64,000 bases of DNA from assembly GCA_963837875.1 (NCBI GenBank), contig CAWIOV010000003.1, positions 129,654 to 193,653 of the forward strand, written 5' to 3'. Positions within the stretch are counted from its first letter, which is position 1. Each line of letters opens with the position of its first letter. The notes below the pieces were generated by a model. The model made no database searches, was not told where the DNA came from, and was given only the letters and a program-made list of their open reading frames with translations. A program made the translations under genes and the position numbers. Origin of the DNA: an uncultured Chloroflexia bacterium (lineage in GTDB: Bacteria; Chloroflexota; Anaerolineae; Anaerolineales; Villigracilaceae). This document shows, piece by piece, positions 26,885 to 35,448 of the stretch.

Positions 26885-26913
26885 ATTATAGAGGCGATAA
26901 ATGGAAGAGTCAA
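26885..26913 (-). promoter_or_regulatory. sigma70-type promoter, TTGACT-17-TATAAT, abutting the ATG (leaderless geometry)
   Basis: Minus strand: TTGACT (26913-26908), 17-nt spacer, TATAAT (26890-26885), then gcttgcag, then ATG (26876). Confidence 0.65.
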
Positions 26914-27000
26914 CACAGGGTTCGGGTAAAAATTGAGGTCGACCTGTCAAACCGGTCTGTTTGCAAAAATGGGAATGGGAAAAAGACTTGAAATATTGGA

Positions 27001-28026
27001 TTACTGGTAATTGCATCCACAGGACCGGCGCAGAACAATTTCTGTTGGCAGGAGAATTTCCCGTTCAACAGGTTCCCCTTTAAATGCCTTTGCCAGTTGT
27101 TCCGCGGCTGCCTGCCCCACTTTTTCTGTGGGGGCTCGAACAGTGGTCAATGAGGGGTTCATGAAAGGCGCCATACGAAAATCATCGAACCCGGCCACCG
27201 AAACATCCTCAGGGACGCGAATATCAGCTTCCCCCAGGGCAGCCAGAATGCCGATGGCCGCATCATCGTTGCCGGTAAAGATGGCATCAAAATCCTTGGA
27301 ACCTTTTAATAAATACTCGTGCAGCGCTTGATAAGCTGCTTGATGCTCAAATTCACCCCGCAGGAGTAGGGTATCATCCATCGCGATGCCATGAGCCGCC
27401 AGAGAAGCACGGTATCCCAGTTCACGCCAATGGGAATCTTCCTGATCCAGGGGGCCCTGGAAAAACATAATTCGTTTTCTTCCATGCTCCTCGATCATAT
27501 GGTCAATTATTTTTTGGGTGGCAGTTTTATTTTCGATGATGATATGGGAAATATCCAGGTTCGCCGGGGAGGTACAATACAGTAATACGACCGGGAAATG
27601 GACCTTACATAGATCAATTAGTTGTTCTTCGCAGAGGCTGTTGGCAAAAACGATCATACCGTCTGCGTTTTGCGGACCAATGGGTGATGGGAATTTTTTA
27701 TCCCGCATTTCTGGCCGGGATACTGCAACTAGCAGGTTGTAATTGTTCTCACTGGCTACTGCGGCTACTCCATTGATCAGAGGGGCAAAGAAATCGTTCA
27801 TCACATTAGTGATGACCAGCCCGGCGGTGCGTGTTTCTGACCTGGCCAACTGGCGGGCAGCTACCCGTGGGACATAGTTCATATCCAGCATTACCGCGGA
27901 AATTCGCTCGCCGGCTTCTTGCGATACAAGGCCCGTGTGATTCATGTAACGACTTACTGTCGCTATGGAAACCCCCGCGTACTTGGCGACTTCCCGGATG
28001 GTAGTTGCTGATGATTTTCTTGTCAT
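27001..28026 (-). CDS. LacI-family transcriptional regulator
   Basis: 341 aa: HTH TIREVAKYAGVSIATVSRYMN plus periplasmic-binding-fold core (VAGFDDFRMAPFMNPSLTTVRAP). Confidence 0.92.
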   Translation of the reverse strand: MTRKSSATTIREVAKYAGVSIATVSRYMNHTGLVSQEAGERISAVMLDMNYVPRVAARQLARSETRTAGLVITNVMNDFFAPLINGVAAVASENNYNLLVAVSRPEMRDKKFPSPIGPQNADGMIVFANSLCEEQLIDLCKVHFPVVLLYCTSPANLDISHIIIENKTATQKIIDHMIEEHGRKRIMFFQGPLDQEDSHWRELGYRASLAAHGIAMDDTLLLRGEFEHQAAYQALHEYLLKGSKDFDAIFTGNDDAAIGILAALGEADIRVPEDVSVAGFDDFRMAPFMNPSLTTVRAPTEKVGQAAAEQLAKAFKGEPVEREILLPTEIVLRRSCGCNYQ

Positions 28027-28062
28027 GGGACAATTCTACAATTCTGCCGGTTGGCGGATTCT

Positions 28063-28887
28063 TCACTTCACGATCCAAAACCATCCCAGGGCGGTCAGCG
28101 GGATGAAAAACACCAGCAGCGCCACCGTCCCGGCCAGCGCGCCGTGCCCTTCGCGTTCGTCAACCAGCCGGACGGATGGGTAGAATCCTTCCATTTTCCA
28201 GCGCGGACCTCCGAACCAGGTAAAGAGTACTCCGCCCAATAATCCGCCCAGGTGTCCGAAATTATCCACCAGTCCACCGGAGCTGAAGCCAATCAGCAGG
28301 TTGATGCCGGCCACGTACAGAATGTTCATCAGGGCGCGGTTGGCCCGGCTACCCAGCAGTTGGCGGTTTTGTATGATAAATATCCCTTCCGCCGCCAGCA
28401 GGCCGAAGATGGCCGTGGAGGCTCCCAACGAAGCTTCCGGCGTTAGCAGGAAGGAGAGCACGTTGCCGGCGTAGCCTGAGAGGAAGTAGAGCAGGGTAAA
28501 ACGCCAGTGCCCGAAGCGGGCTTCCACCCCGCGCCCATACAGGAAAAGGGCGTACATGTTGAAACCGATGTGCAAGAGGCCCAAAGGTAGGGTGGAATCG
28601 TGTAAAAAGACCGGTGTGATCAGACGCCAGAGCTGGCCTGCCCGGATCAAGTCATTCACCTTTTCACCTAGGATCGCGGCAATGTCGGATGTGCCAAATG
28701 CGGCGACCAAAGAATTTGCCAGGCTGGCCGGAAGTAGATAATTACCGGCAAGCTGCAAAAGATAGATAAAAACGGTAAAACCAATGATTATGTATGTTAC
28801 GGTTGGTTTTACATTCGGCACAGCCACCTGGACGGTGCGCGGTTGGGCGGGTTGCGGGTATTGGTCGGGGTTTGGGTTTTGATTCAT
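28063..28887 (-). CDS. rhomboid-family intramembrane serine protease
   Basis: 274 aa: HIGFNMYALFLYG, GASTAIFGLL (GxSxG), NFGHLGGLLGG. Confidence 0.9.
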   Translation of the reverse strand: MNQNPNPDQYPQPAQPRTVQVAVPNVKPTVTYIIIGFTVFIYLLQLAGNYLLPASLANSLVAAFGTSDIAAILGEKVNDLIRAGQLWRLITPVFLHDSTLPLGLLHIGFNMYALFLYGRGVEARFGHWRFTLLYFLSGYAGNVLSFLLTPEASLGASTAIFGLLAAEGIFIIQNRQLLGSRANRALMNILYVAGINLLIGFSSGGLVDNFGHLGGLLGGVLFTWFGGPRWKMEGFYPSVRLVDEREGHGALAGTVALLVFFIPLTALGWFWIVK

Positions 28888-28919
28888 GCTGGCACTTTTA
28901 TACCTTATTGCCTGGATAT

Positions 28920-29540
28920 CTACAAACTCACTTTGCGGGGGTTTACACGATGATGCTCGGCCCGGATGATAGCGATGACGGTATCAACCGTCTCATCCAG
29001 GCAGCCATCCGAATTGACAATGACATAGTCAAACTCCACGGCGCGTTTAAGTTCCTGCTGGGCCGTGGCGATGCGCAGGCTCAGATCTTCGGCGCTATCC
29101 ATCTTGCGGTTCTTCAGCCGTTCTGCCAGTTCGTGTTCACTTTGCGTGGTCAGAAAGATCAGCACCGCTTGTGGGGCCAATTTGCGGACCGTGGCTGCGC
29201 CTTGCACGTCCAAGCGCATGATGACATCCTGCCCGGAAGCCAGCGCATCCCGGACTTGTTTCTTGGAATTGCCCTTGTAGTCATTGTACACGATGGCGTA
29301 CTCGAACATCTCATCGTTTTCGATCATGCGGGCGAACTCATCCTTCGAGACAAAGAAGTAATCCCGGCCATGCACCTCGTTTGAGCGGGGCGGGCGGGTG
29401 GTGACCGTGATAACAAAATGGAAAGGCAGGCCGTGCGCTTTCATGGCCTGAACCACGCTGTCCTTGCCGACGCCAGATGGCCCGGAGATGACAACCAGCA
29501 AAGGCTGGGGTTTATGGAGGTTGAACTCAATTTCCGTCAT
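28920..29540 (-). CDS. gmk: guanylate kinase
   Basis: 206 aa: P-loop GPSGVGKDS, TTRPPRSNEVHGRDYFFV. Confidence 0.95.
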   Translation of the reverse strand: MTEIEFNLHKPQPLLVVISGPSGVGKDSVVQAMKAHGLPFHFVITVTTRPPRSNEVHGRDYFFVSKDEFARMIENDEMFEYAIVYNDYKGNSKKQVRDALASGQDVIMRLDVQGAATVRKLAPQAVLIFLTTQSEHELAERLKNRKMDSAEDLSLRIATAQQELKRAVEFDYVIVNSDGCLDETVDTVIAIIRAEHHRVNPRKVSL

Positions 29541-29563
29541 GGTACTATTGTAACCGATAGCCA

Positions 29564-29655
29564 GGTCTCAAAAAAAGCTGTCTGGGAATTACCCGGACGG
29601 GGAAGGAAATATGGGGTCAATACCCCTCCATCTTCTCTTCTTTTTGAGAAGATAC
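29564..29655. repeat. 92-nt imperfect palindromic element, same family as 23212..23301
   Basis: Arms GGTCTCAAAAAAAG / CTTTTTGAGAAGATAC. Inner GGGGAAGGAAATATGGGG-tcaata-CCCCTCCATCTTCTCTTC. The right-hand 35 nt are nearly identical to 23268-23303. Confidence 0.75.
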
Positions 29656-29672
29656 GAAAAAAGCGATAAAAT
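29644..29672 (+). promoter_or_regulatory. promoter TTGAGA-17-TAAAAT with leaderless geometry
   Basis: TTGAGA (29644-29649, inside the repeat arm), 17-nt spacer, TAAAAT (29667-29672), 6 nt, ATG 29679. No SD sequence. Confidence 0.6.
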
Positions 29673-29678
29673 AGGGGT

Positions 29679-30080
29679 ATGCCATTCTATGACTATACCT
29701 GCCTCGCCTGTCACCAACGCTTCGACATATTCATGCCGTTCTCCGAATACGGCACCCGGCCTGTCACATGTCCCCATTGCAAAAGCCCATCTGTCCGCCG
29801 GGGCATCCCACGCGTGCGGGTGGCAAAATCGGACGATAGCCGCATGGAAGCGTTATCCAGTGATTTTTCCGACCCTTCGGCTTTGGCCGGGTTGGAGAAT
29901 GACCCCCAGGCGATGGCACGCATGATGCGCAAGATGGGCAGTGAAATGGGTGAGGAGATGCCGCCTGAGTTCGGCGAGGTGGTGGACCGGCTGGAGAAAG
30001 GCCAAAGTCCGGATGAGATCGAGAAGGAATTGCCGGATCTGGGTGGAGCGGCAGACGGAATGATGACCGATGAAGGCTGA
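29679..30080 (+). CDS. FmdB-family zinc-ribbon protein with acidic tail
   Basis: MPFYDYTCLACHQRFD...CPHCKS: CxxC...CxxC ribbon typical of the FmdB/CxxC_CxxC_SSSS family. Confidence 0.85.
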   Translation: MPFYDYTCLACHQRFDIFMPFSEYGTRPVTCPHCKSPSVRRGIPRVRVAKSDDSRMEALSSDFSDPSALAGLENDPQAMARMMRKMGSEMGEEMPPEFGEVVDRLEKGQSPDEIEKELPDLGGAADGMMTDEG

Positions 30081-30090
30081 AGAATAAGAT

Positions 30091-31443
30091 ATGAGTTGGG
30101 AAACAAAGATTTCACGAACGGTGCGGGTGGTGAATAGCCAGGAAATGGGCACATTTGCCCGCCTTTTGACCGCCATCACCAACGCCGGAGGAAATGTTGG
30201 CGGGATCGAATTGTTGAACGAGACTTCCCTACAAGTGGTGCGCGATATCACGGTTTTTGCCGACGATGAAGCCGGATTGGAACGGATACTGGAAGCGATC
30301 CGCAAAAATCGCGGCACGCGCCTGCTGGATGTGCGCGACGATGTGCTGGCCTTGCACTTGAAAGGGAAAATTGCCATTCGCAGCCGCTACCCGATCGATT
30401 CGCTTACCACGCTGCGGCAGGTTTACACACCCGGCGTGGCCGAAGTGTGTTTGAAGATTGCAAGGGATCCAAAGTTGGCCCACATGTATACCGCCACCAG
30501 CCACCTGGTCGCCATCATTACCGACGGGACGGCCGTGTTGGGGTTGGGCGATATCGGTCCTTTGGCCGCCATGCCAGTCATGGAAGGCAAGGCCATGCTG
30601 ATGGAGACGCTGGTGGGGCTTTCCGGCGTGCCGATCCTCCTGAATACCAAGGATCCTGACAAGATCATCGAGATTGTGACCGCCATTGCGCCCACTTTTG
30701 CGGCGATTCAACTCGAGGATATCTCCGCTCCGCGCTGTTTCCGGATTGAAGAAGAGATCCAGAAAAATATTGACATCCCGGTCATGCACGATGACCAGCA
30801 CGGGACGGCGGTTGTCACCACTGCCGCTCTCACGGTTGCCAGCCGCAAGATCGACCGGGACCTTTGCACGGCGGTCATCGGCCAGGTCGGCCTGGGTGCT
30901 GCCGGGAATGCCATTGCCAAAATGTTGATGCAGATCACTGGCAATCCCGTCCTGGGCACGGACATCACCGAAGATGCTCTTGTCCGCCATGAGGCCAACG
31001 GCGGCAAACGGGCCACATTGAAGGAGATCATGTCTGCGTGTGATATCGTGGTGGCCACCACAGGCGTCCCGGGCCTGATCAAGCCTGAAATGGTGCACAA
31101 GGGACAGATCATCCTGTCCATCTCCAATCCAAATCCCGAAATTGAGGCCGAGGTTGCCATCAAGCATGGCGCCGCCTTTGCGGCGGATGGCAAGTCGGTT
31201 AATAATGTCCTGGGTTTTCCAGGCATCTTTCGGGGGGCTGTGGATATCTGGGCGCCGCGCATCACGCACGAAATGCTGGTGGCGGCTGCCATGGCGATTG
31301 CCGACTATACAACACCCGCTGACCAACTGGTGCCCAATCCGCTGGATAAGGATCTGCACCAGGCGGTTGCACGTGCAGTGGCGTTGAAAGGGATCGAACA
31401 GGGCTTGGCGCGCTCGGAATATATCCCCTACCAGCACGATTAA
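30091..31443 (+). CDS. NAD(P)-dependent malic enzyme with N-terminal ACT-like domain
   Basis: 450 aa: VYTPGVAEVC, ITDGTAVLGLGDIGP, FAAIQLEDISAPRCF, HDDQHGTAVV, GLGAAGNA. Confidence 0.92.
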   Translation: MSWETKISRTVRVVNSQEMGTFARLLTAITNAGGNVGGIELLNETSLQVVRDITVFADDEAGLERILEAIRKNRGTRLLDVRDDVLALHLKGKIAIRSRYPIDSLTTLRQVYTPGVAEVCLKIARDPKLAHMYTATSHLVAIITDGTAVLGLGDIGPLAAMPVMEGKAMLMETLVGLSGVPILLNTKDPDKIIEIVTAIAPTFAAIQLEDISAPRCFRIEEEIQKNIDIPVMHDDQHGTAVVTTAALTVASRKIDRDLCTAVIGQVGLGAAGNAIAKMLMQITGNPVLGTDITEDALVRHEANGGKRATLKEIMSACDIVVATTGVPGLIKPEMVHKGQIILSISNPNPEIEAEVAIKHGAAFAADGKSVNNVLGFPGIFRGAVDIWAPRITHEMLVAAAMAIADYTTPADQLVPNPLDKDLHQAVARAVALKGIEQGLARSEYIPYQHD

Positions 31444-31469
31444 CCAACAATTTGCCGTCCAGCCAGTGC

Positions 31470-31509
31470 AAAAAATGGAGGCCGCCGGGATTGGCGGCCT
31501 CCATTTTTT
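31470..31509. terminator. bidirectional intrinsic terminator
   Basis: AAAAAATGGAGGCCGCC-gggatt-GGCGGCCTCCATTTTTT, between the convergent malic enzyme and aminotransferase genes. Confidence 0.85.
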
Positions 31510-31533
31510 ATGTCTGGTAATCCTTCCGGTTGG

Positions 31534-32760
31534 CTAATCTTCTCCCGCGATTGCTTCCTTCAACACCGTTCCCAGGCGGGTAATGCCTTCCCGGATGGTT
31601 TCCGGGTTGGAATAAGAGAAGTTGAGCCGCATGGTGTTCTTGCCGCCGCCGTTCGGGTGGAAGCTCTCGCCAGGCACAAAAGCCACTTTGCGTTTGATTG
31701 CCACCTTCAGCACCTCGGCCGCATCCATATCATCCGGCAGGATGCCCCACAGGAACATACCTCCCAGCGGGTGTGTCCAGTGCACCCCGGGTGGGAACAT
31801 CTCCTCCATCATCTCCAGCATCACATCCCGGCGTTCCTTGTACACCGAGCGGATGAGCTTGACATGTTCATCCAAGAAGCCATCCTTGCCCACCTCATAA
31901 GCGATCATCTGGTTGAATGCAGCCGTATTCAGGTCGGCGGCCTGCTTGGTCTGCACCAGCTTGTGGATGACCTGCTCCGGGGCGATCACCCAAGCCAGGC
32001 GGATGCCGGGTGCCAGCAGCTTGGAAAAAGTGCTCAGGTAAATGACATTGCCGGTGTAACAGCCATCGTCGCAGCGGTACTTGCTGTCGAGGGAGACCAC
32101 CGAAGGCAAGTGTTCGCCCTCGAAACGCAGTTGCCCGTAGGGATCATCCTCCACGATCGGCACCCCATACTGGTCAGCCAGTTCCACCAACTGTTCGCGC
32201 CGCTCCCGGCTGAGCGTGGTGCCGCCTGGATTCTGGAAGTTCGGCAGTACATAGATGAACTTGGGCCCCACACGCAGGGCCTTCTCCAGTTCAGCAGTCA
32301 CCATGCCGTTCTCGTCCGAAGGCACGGAGATGTACTGCGCTCCATAGGCATTCCAGGCCTGCAAAGCGCCCAGGTAGGTGGGCAACTCAACCACGACATA
32401 ATCCCCTTGATTAATAAAGACCCGTCCGATAAAATCGAGCGCCTGCTGGGAGCCGGAAGTGATCAGGACATTTTCGGGCGTAACCGATACGGCATAGCGG
32501 GCGATGCGCTGGGCGATCATTTCCCGCAGAGGCAGGTAGCCCTCGGTGGTGCTGTATTGCAGGGCTTGCGCCCCCTGAGTCTCCAGCACACGGCTGCAGG
32601 CGGCCTGGAACTCCTTGAGCGGGAATACTTCCGGCGCCGGCAGCCCGCCTCCAAAGGAAATGATATCTGGTTGCTCGGTCAGCTTGAGCAGTTCCCGGAT
32701 GACCGAACTGCCCATCCGCTTCGTCCGGTTTGCATAACGATATTCCCAGGGTGTTTGCAT
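31534..32760 (-). CDS. PLP-dependent aminotransferase, class I/II (2-aminoadipate/LysN-like subgroup)
   Basis: 408 aa: SVIRELLKL, YSTTEGYLPLRE, PNFQNPGGTTL, Schiff-base context LSTFSKLLAPGIRL. Confidence 0.9.
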   Translation of the reverse strand: MQTPWEYRYANRTKRMGSSVIRELLKLTEQPDIISFGGGLPAPEVFPLKEFQAACSRVLETQGAQALQYSTTEGYLPLREMIAQRIARYAVSVTPENVLITSGSQQALDFIGRVFINQGDYVVVELPTYLGALQAWNAYGAQYISVPSDENGMVTAELEKALRVGPKFIYVLPNFQNPGGTTLSRERREQLVELADQYGVPIVEDDPYGQLRFEGEHLPSVVSLDSKYRCDDGCYTGNVIYLSTFSKLLAPGIRLAWVIAPEQVIHKLVQTKQAADLNTAAFNQMIAYEVGKDGFLDEHVKLIRSVYKERRDVMLEMMEEMFPPGVHWTHPLGGMFLWGILPDDMDAAEVLKVAIKRKVAFVPGESFHPNGGGKNTMRLNFSYSNPETIREGITRLGTVLKEAIAGED

Positions 32761-32791
32761 TCTTTCTCCTTATCAGGATTTGGAAGCGCAA

Positions 32792-32828
32792 CAAAAAAGC
32801 CTGCCAGGTATGACTCACTGGTCAGGCT
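32792..32828 (-). terminator. terminator-like hairpin plus U6 inside the 5' leader of the aminotransferase gene
   Basis: Minus strand AGCCTGaCCAG-tgagtcatac-CTGGcAGGCT TTTTTT, ending 32 nt upstream of ATG 32760 and just before AAGGAGA. Confidence 0.55.
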
Positions 32829-32993
32829 CGCGCTGACGTATTGATGCCAGGCAGGACGAATATAACAGGACCAAAAGCATGGCTTCGTAATCATACCCTG
32901 TTTTAGATGGTAAGACAATATCAAAATACCTGACCTATGTGTGACACCTATCAGGTTTTTTATTTAGCATCTATCCAAAAATTCGGAGGATGT

Positions 32994-33038
32994 CGCATTT
33001 TGAATGTGTGCGGCGAAGCCGCACACATTCAAAATGCG
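32994..33038. repeat. perfect 45-nt palindrome (21-bp stem, GAA loop), core related to the 23.2-kb element
   Basis: CGCATTTTGAATGTGTGCGGC-gaa-GCCGCACACATTCAAAATGCG, with every pair checked by hand. Shares GTGTGCGG..CCGCACAC with 23243-23270. Weaker arm symmetry extends to about 32975-33060. Confidence 0.9.
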
Positions 33039-33197
33039 GTCTTTCGATAATTTTCGAATGGGTTCTTATGCTACAATTCCTGGCATATGGCTTTCCTTAA
33101 TAGATCTGATTTGGAATGGTAGGTACAACTCCCCTCCGCAGGAGTTTGTTATTCGCCTAAAGTAGCGCATGGAGTCGCGCTTGCACAAAGAGTAAAT

Positions 33198-34634
33198 ATG
33201 AAACGTTTCCGGTTCTTAACCCTGACAGGCCTTTTTCTTCTGGCGTCTTGCAGATTCCCCTTTGGGGGCGGATCGACGCTTCCTGATGCCCTGGTGCCTT
33301 TCAATGGGCGCATCCGGACCACCACCATCCTCTCACAAGGCATGGATATTGCCGTGATGATCGCCTCCCCGCAGACACCCCGTTATGCAAGCGAAGGCGC
33401 GGGGATCGTGGTGATGGCATCGCCCATCTTCACCGCAGCGAACGGTTTTATCACCGATCCTGATGTCACTTCCCTTGGCTTGATCCAGGTCAGCTATCTG
33501 TGGCCCGGAGAAGACGATGCACGCACCGGGGCCAGGAGCAGCGGTGTATTCGATTTCGGCGGTGCCCAGTCCGTCCAGGTTTTACGGGATGTCATCCGCT
33601 TTGCTGCCAACCGGTTGGCCGATACGAGTGGCCGGTACATTGTCTCCCTGACCTCCGTCGCGCCGCAGGTTGAGGAAGTGGGCGTATACGCCTTCTCGGA
33701 CGCGGGTATTGATGCCATCCAGGCCTTTTCACTCTACGGTGAACAGATGCAGGGCCTGGCCTGGTTCATCGGGCGCGAGGTCCCTACCGTGGATACCATT
33801 TCGAGCATGGAACTCGGCTACTACAACGCGGCCGGCCAGGCGGTTCACAATCCCTTTTATGCCTACCCGGCCAATTACAGTTCCGCCTCTTTGACGATAA
33901 AATACCCCAACCTGCGTTGGGATCCTTCATACACCAGCAGCTATTCCAAATCGGCCGGGCGTCCCTACCTGGACCTGGACGGCAATGGCCGTATCAGCCC
34001 GGGCGACTATATTTTCGATGGCCCCATCCCGGTCATGTTCGGGAAACGCTATTATTCTGCCGCCCTGACGCAGGCGCTCCTGACAAGCGGCGCGTTGTCC
34101 CTGGCGGCCTGGCCGCCAGATCTGGCCACCCCCCAGGCAGCCGCACAAGCCTGGCAGATCCGCCAGACCACGGGCCTTTTCGAAGCCATGCAGTCTGATA
34201 CCGTGGTCCAGAATATGCGGGTGATGCTGGTGTTTGCCCAAACCGACCACGCCCAGGTGGCTCAGGATAAGCCCCATATTCACCAGCTTTACCAAGGCTT
34301 CAGTTTCGAAGCCCGCTTGTGGGTGCGCCTGAACCCCGGCCGCGCCTACGTGGAATCGGTCTTACAAAACGCCGGGTTGGCAGCCTCTCAAGGCACGCCC
34401 GGCATCACCCCCACTCCAGGGCCTGACCTGAATTTCCCGGATAATCCGGCCAATACCCAGCCCAGCGACTGGGCGCAGGCTGGGGCCTATGCCTATCCGG
34501 GTCAGGGCCAGGCCGGCCGGCTTGCGCCGCTGGCAGCCGTGGCCGAGATGGCCGACCGGGAACACTCCGGTGATTGGGATGACAATCTGGGCCAGGTGCT
34601 CTACACCTATCCTGCCCCAACCCCGCAACCCTAG
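33198..34634 (+). CDS. hypothetical lipoprotein (478 aa) with an EF-hand-like Ca-binding loop
   Basis: Lipobox LFLLASC. DLDGNGRISPGDY (33972-34007 plus the next codon) fits the EF-hand loop pattern. No other family recognised. Confidence 0.7.
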   Translation: MKRFRFLTLTGLFLLASCRFPFGGGSTLPDALVPFNGRIRTTTILSQGMDIAVMIASPQTPRYASEGAGIVVMASPIFTAANGFITDPDVTSLGLIQVSYLWPGEDDARTGARSSGVFDFGGAQSVQVLRDVIRFAANRLADTSGRYIVSLTSVAPQVEEVGVYAFSDAGIDAIQAFSLYGEQMQGLAWFIGREVPTVDTISSMELGYYNAAGQAVHNPFYAYPANYSSASLTIKYPNLRWDPSYTSSYSKSAGRPYLDLDGNGRISPGDYIFDGPIPVMFGKRYYSAALTQALLTSGALSLAAWPPDLATPQAAAQAWQIRQTTGLFEAMQSDTVVQNMRVMLVFAQTDHAQVAQDKPHIHQLYQGFSFEARLWVRLNPGRAYVESVLQNAGLAASQGTPGITPTPGPDLNFPDNPANTQPSDWAQAGAYAYPGQGQAGRLAPLAAVAEMADREHSGDWDDNLGQVLYTYPAPTPQP

Positions 34635-34771
34635 GCGGAAGGGAAATCCGCGCGGATGGGAAAACCTTCCGCCTTGATAGCCTTGCGTCTGATTGACGAT
34701 GTGTTTTCCGTTTCGTGTTATCATTTTGTTGCCATTGATCCTGTAATTCCAACGAACAAGGAGATGCTTCT

Positions 34772-35392
34772 ATGCGCCCCAATGCTGCTCTGCTGATAGT
34801 CCTTATGCTGGTACTCCTGGCGGCTTGCACGCCCTTCCATGGCGTTACACCAACCGCTGTGGTAAAAATTCCCATTTGGCAACCGACCAATACAGCACTT
34901 CTCCCCGCCACGCCAACTCCTACGGAACTGGATACTGCCACACCGGCAGGCACATTTACTCCTTCGCCTTTGCCGACCGAAGCAGTTGTAAAAACTTGTT
35001 TTGAAGACTATCAGATCGGATTCGTACGACCGCCATTCTTTTCAAAGGTTGTTGCAAATACCATGACTGCCACCGGGCAATTCTTGATCGTTCCCATGGA
35101 ACTTGATAACCTTTCCATTAATAAGCAAAATTTTGATAGAACACAGTTTGTAGTTGTCGGGAAAAATGATCAAGGTGCGATAACGTATGCTGTCGACTGG
35201 ACGCCATCCTGGGCCCTTTCTTTCGGAGTATACAATACCCAAATTCTTGGGGACGATATTCCCCCGCATAGTCCATTTATAACCAATCTGGCCTTTGACG
35301 TTGATCCTGATCTGTCAGGCTGGAGTTTGTTGTTCTTTCCTGATCGTGGAAATACAACCTTGGAATGTATCATACCGATTTCCGTGAAATAA
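34772..35392 (+). CDS. hypothetical lipoprotein, DUF4352-like beta-sandwich (tentative)
   Basis: AAGGAGA RBS and lipobox LLAAC. The pattern TGQFLIVPMELDNLSINKQNFDRTQFVVVGKNDQGAITY resembles DUF4352. Sample GC about 47%. Confidence 0.65.
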   Translation: MRPNAALLIVLMLVLLAACTPFHGVTPTAVVKIPIWQPTNTALLPATPTPTELDTATPAGTFTPSPLPTEAVVKTCFEDYQIGFVRPPFFSKVVANTMTATGQFLIVPMELDNLSINKQNFDRTQFVVVGKNDQGAITYAVDWTPSWALSFGVYNTQILGDDIPPHSPFITNLAFDVDPDLSGWSLLFFPDRGNTTLECIIPISVK

Positions 35393-35448
35393 AAGGTAGC
35401 CAGCAGTTGACGGAGTGAAAGGGCTTTCCCCTAAGAGGAGACAAACGG

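Noticed and set aside
25974-27000. Graspetide/RiPP cluster (ATP-grasp plus ABC exporter plus TCS)
   Set aside because: There is no plausible small precursor ORF next to the ATP-grasp-like gene. The 118-nt upstream gap is filled by a consensus promoter that abuts the ATG. The ATP-grasp assignment itself is only tentative.
30229-31437. 402-aa minus-strand ORF
   Set aside because: Antisense shadow of the malic enzyme gene. Low-complexity translation, no motifs, no start context.
31510-32844. 444-aa plus-strand ORF, the longest unexplained ORF in the track
   Set aside because: It is exactly antisense to the clear PLP aminotransferase gene (31534..32760). Its translation is R/G/H/L/Q-rich with no recognisable motif, which is a typical shadow ORF in GC-rich coding DNA.
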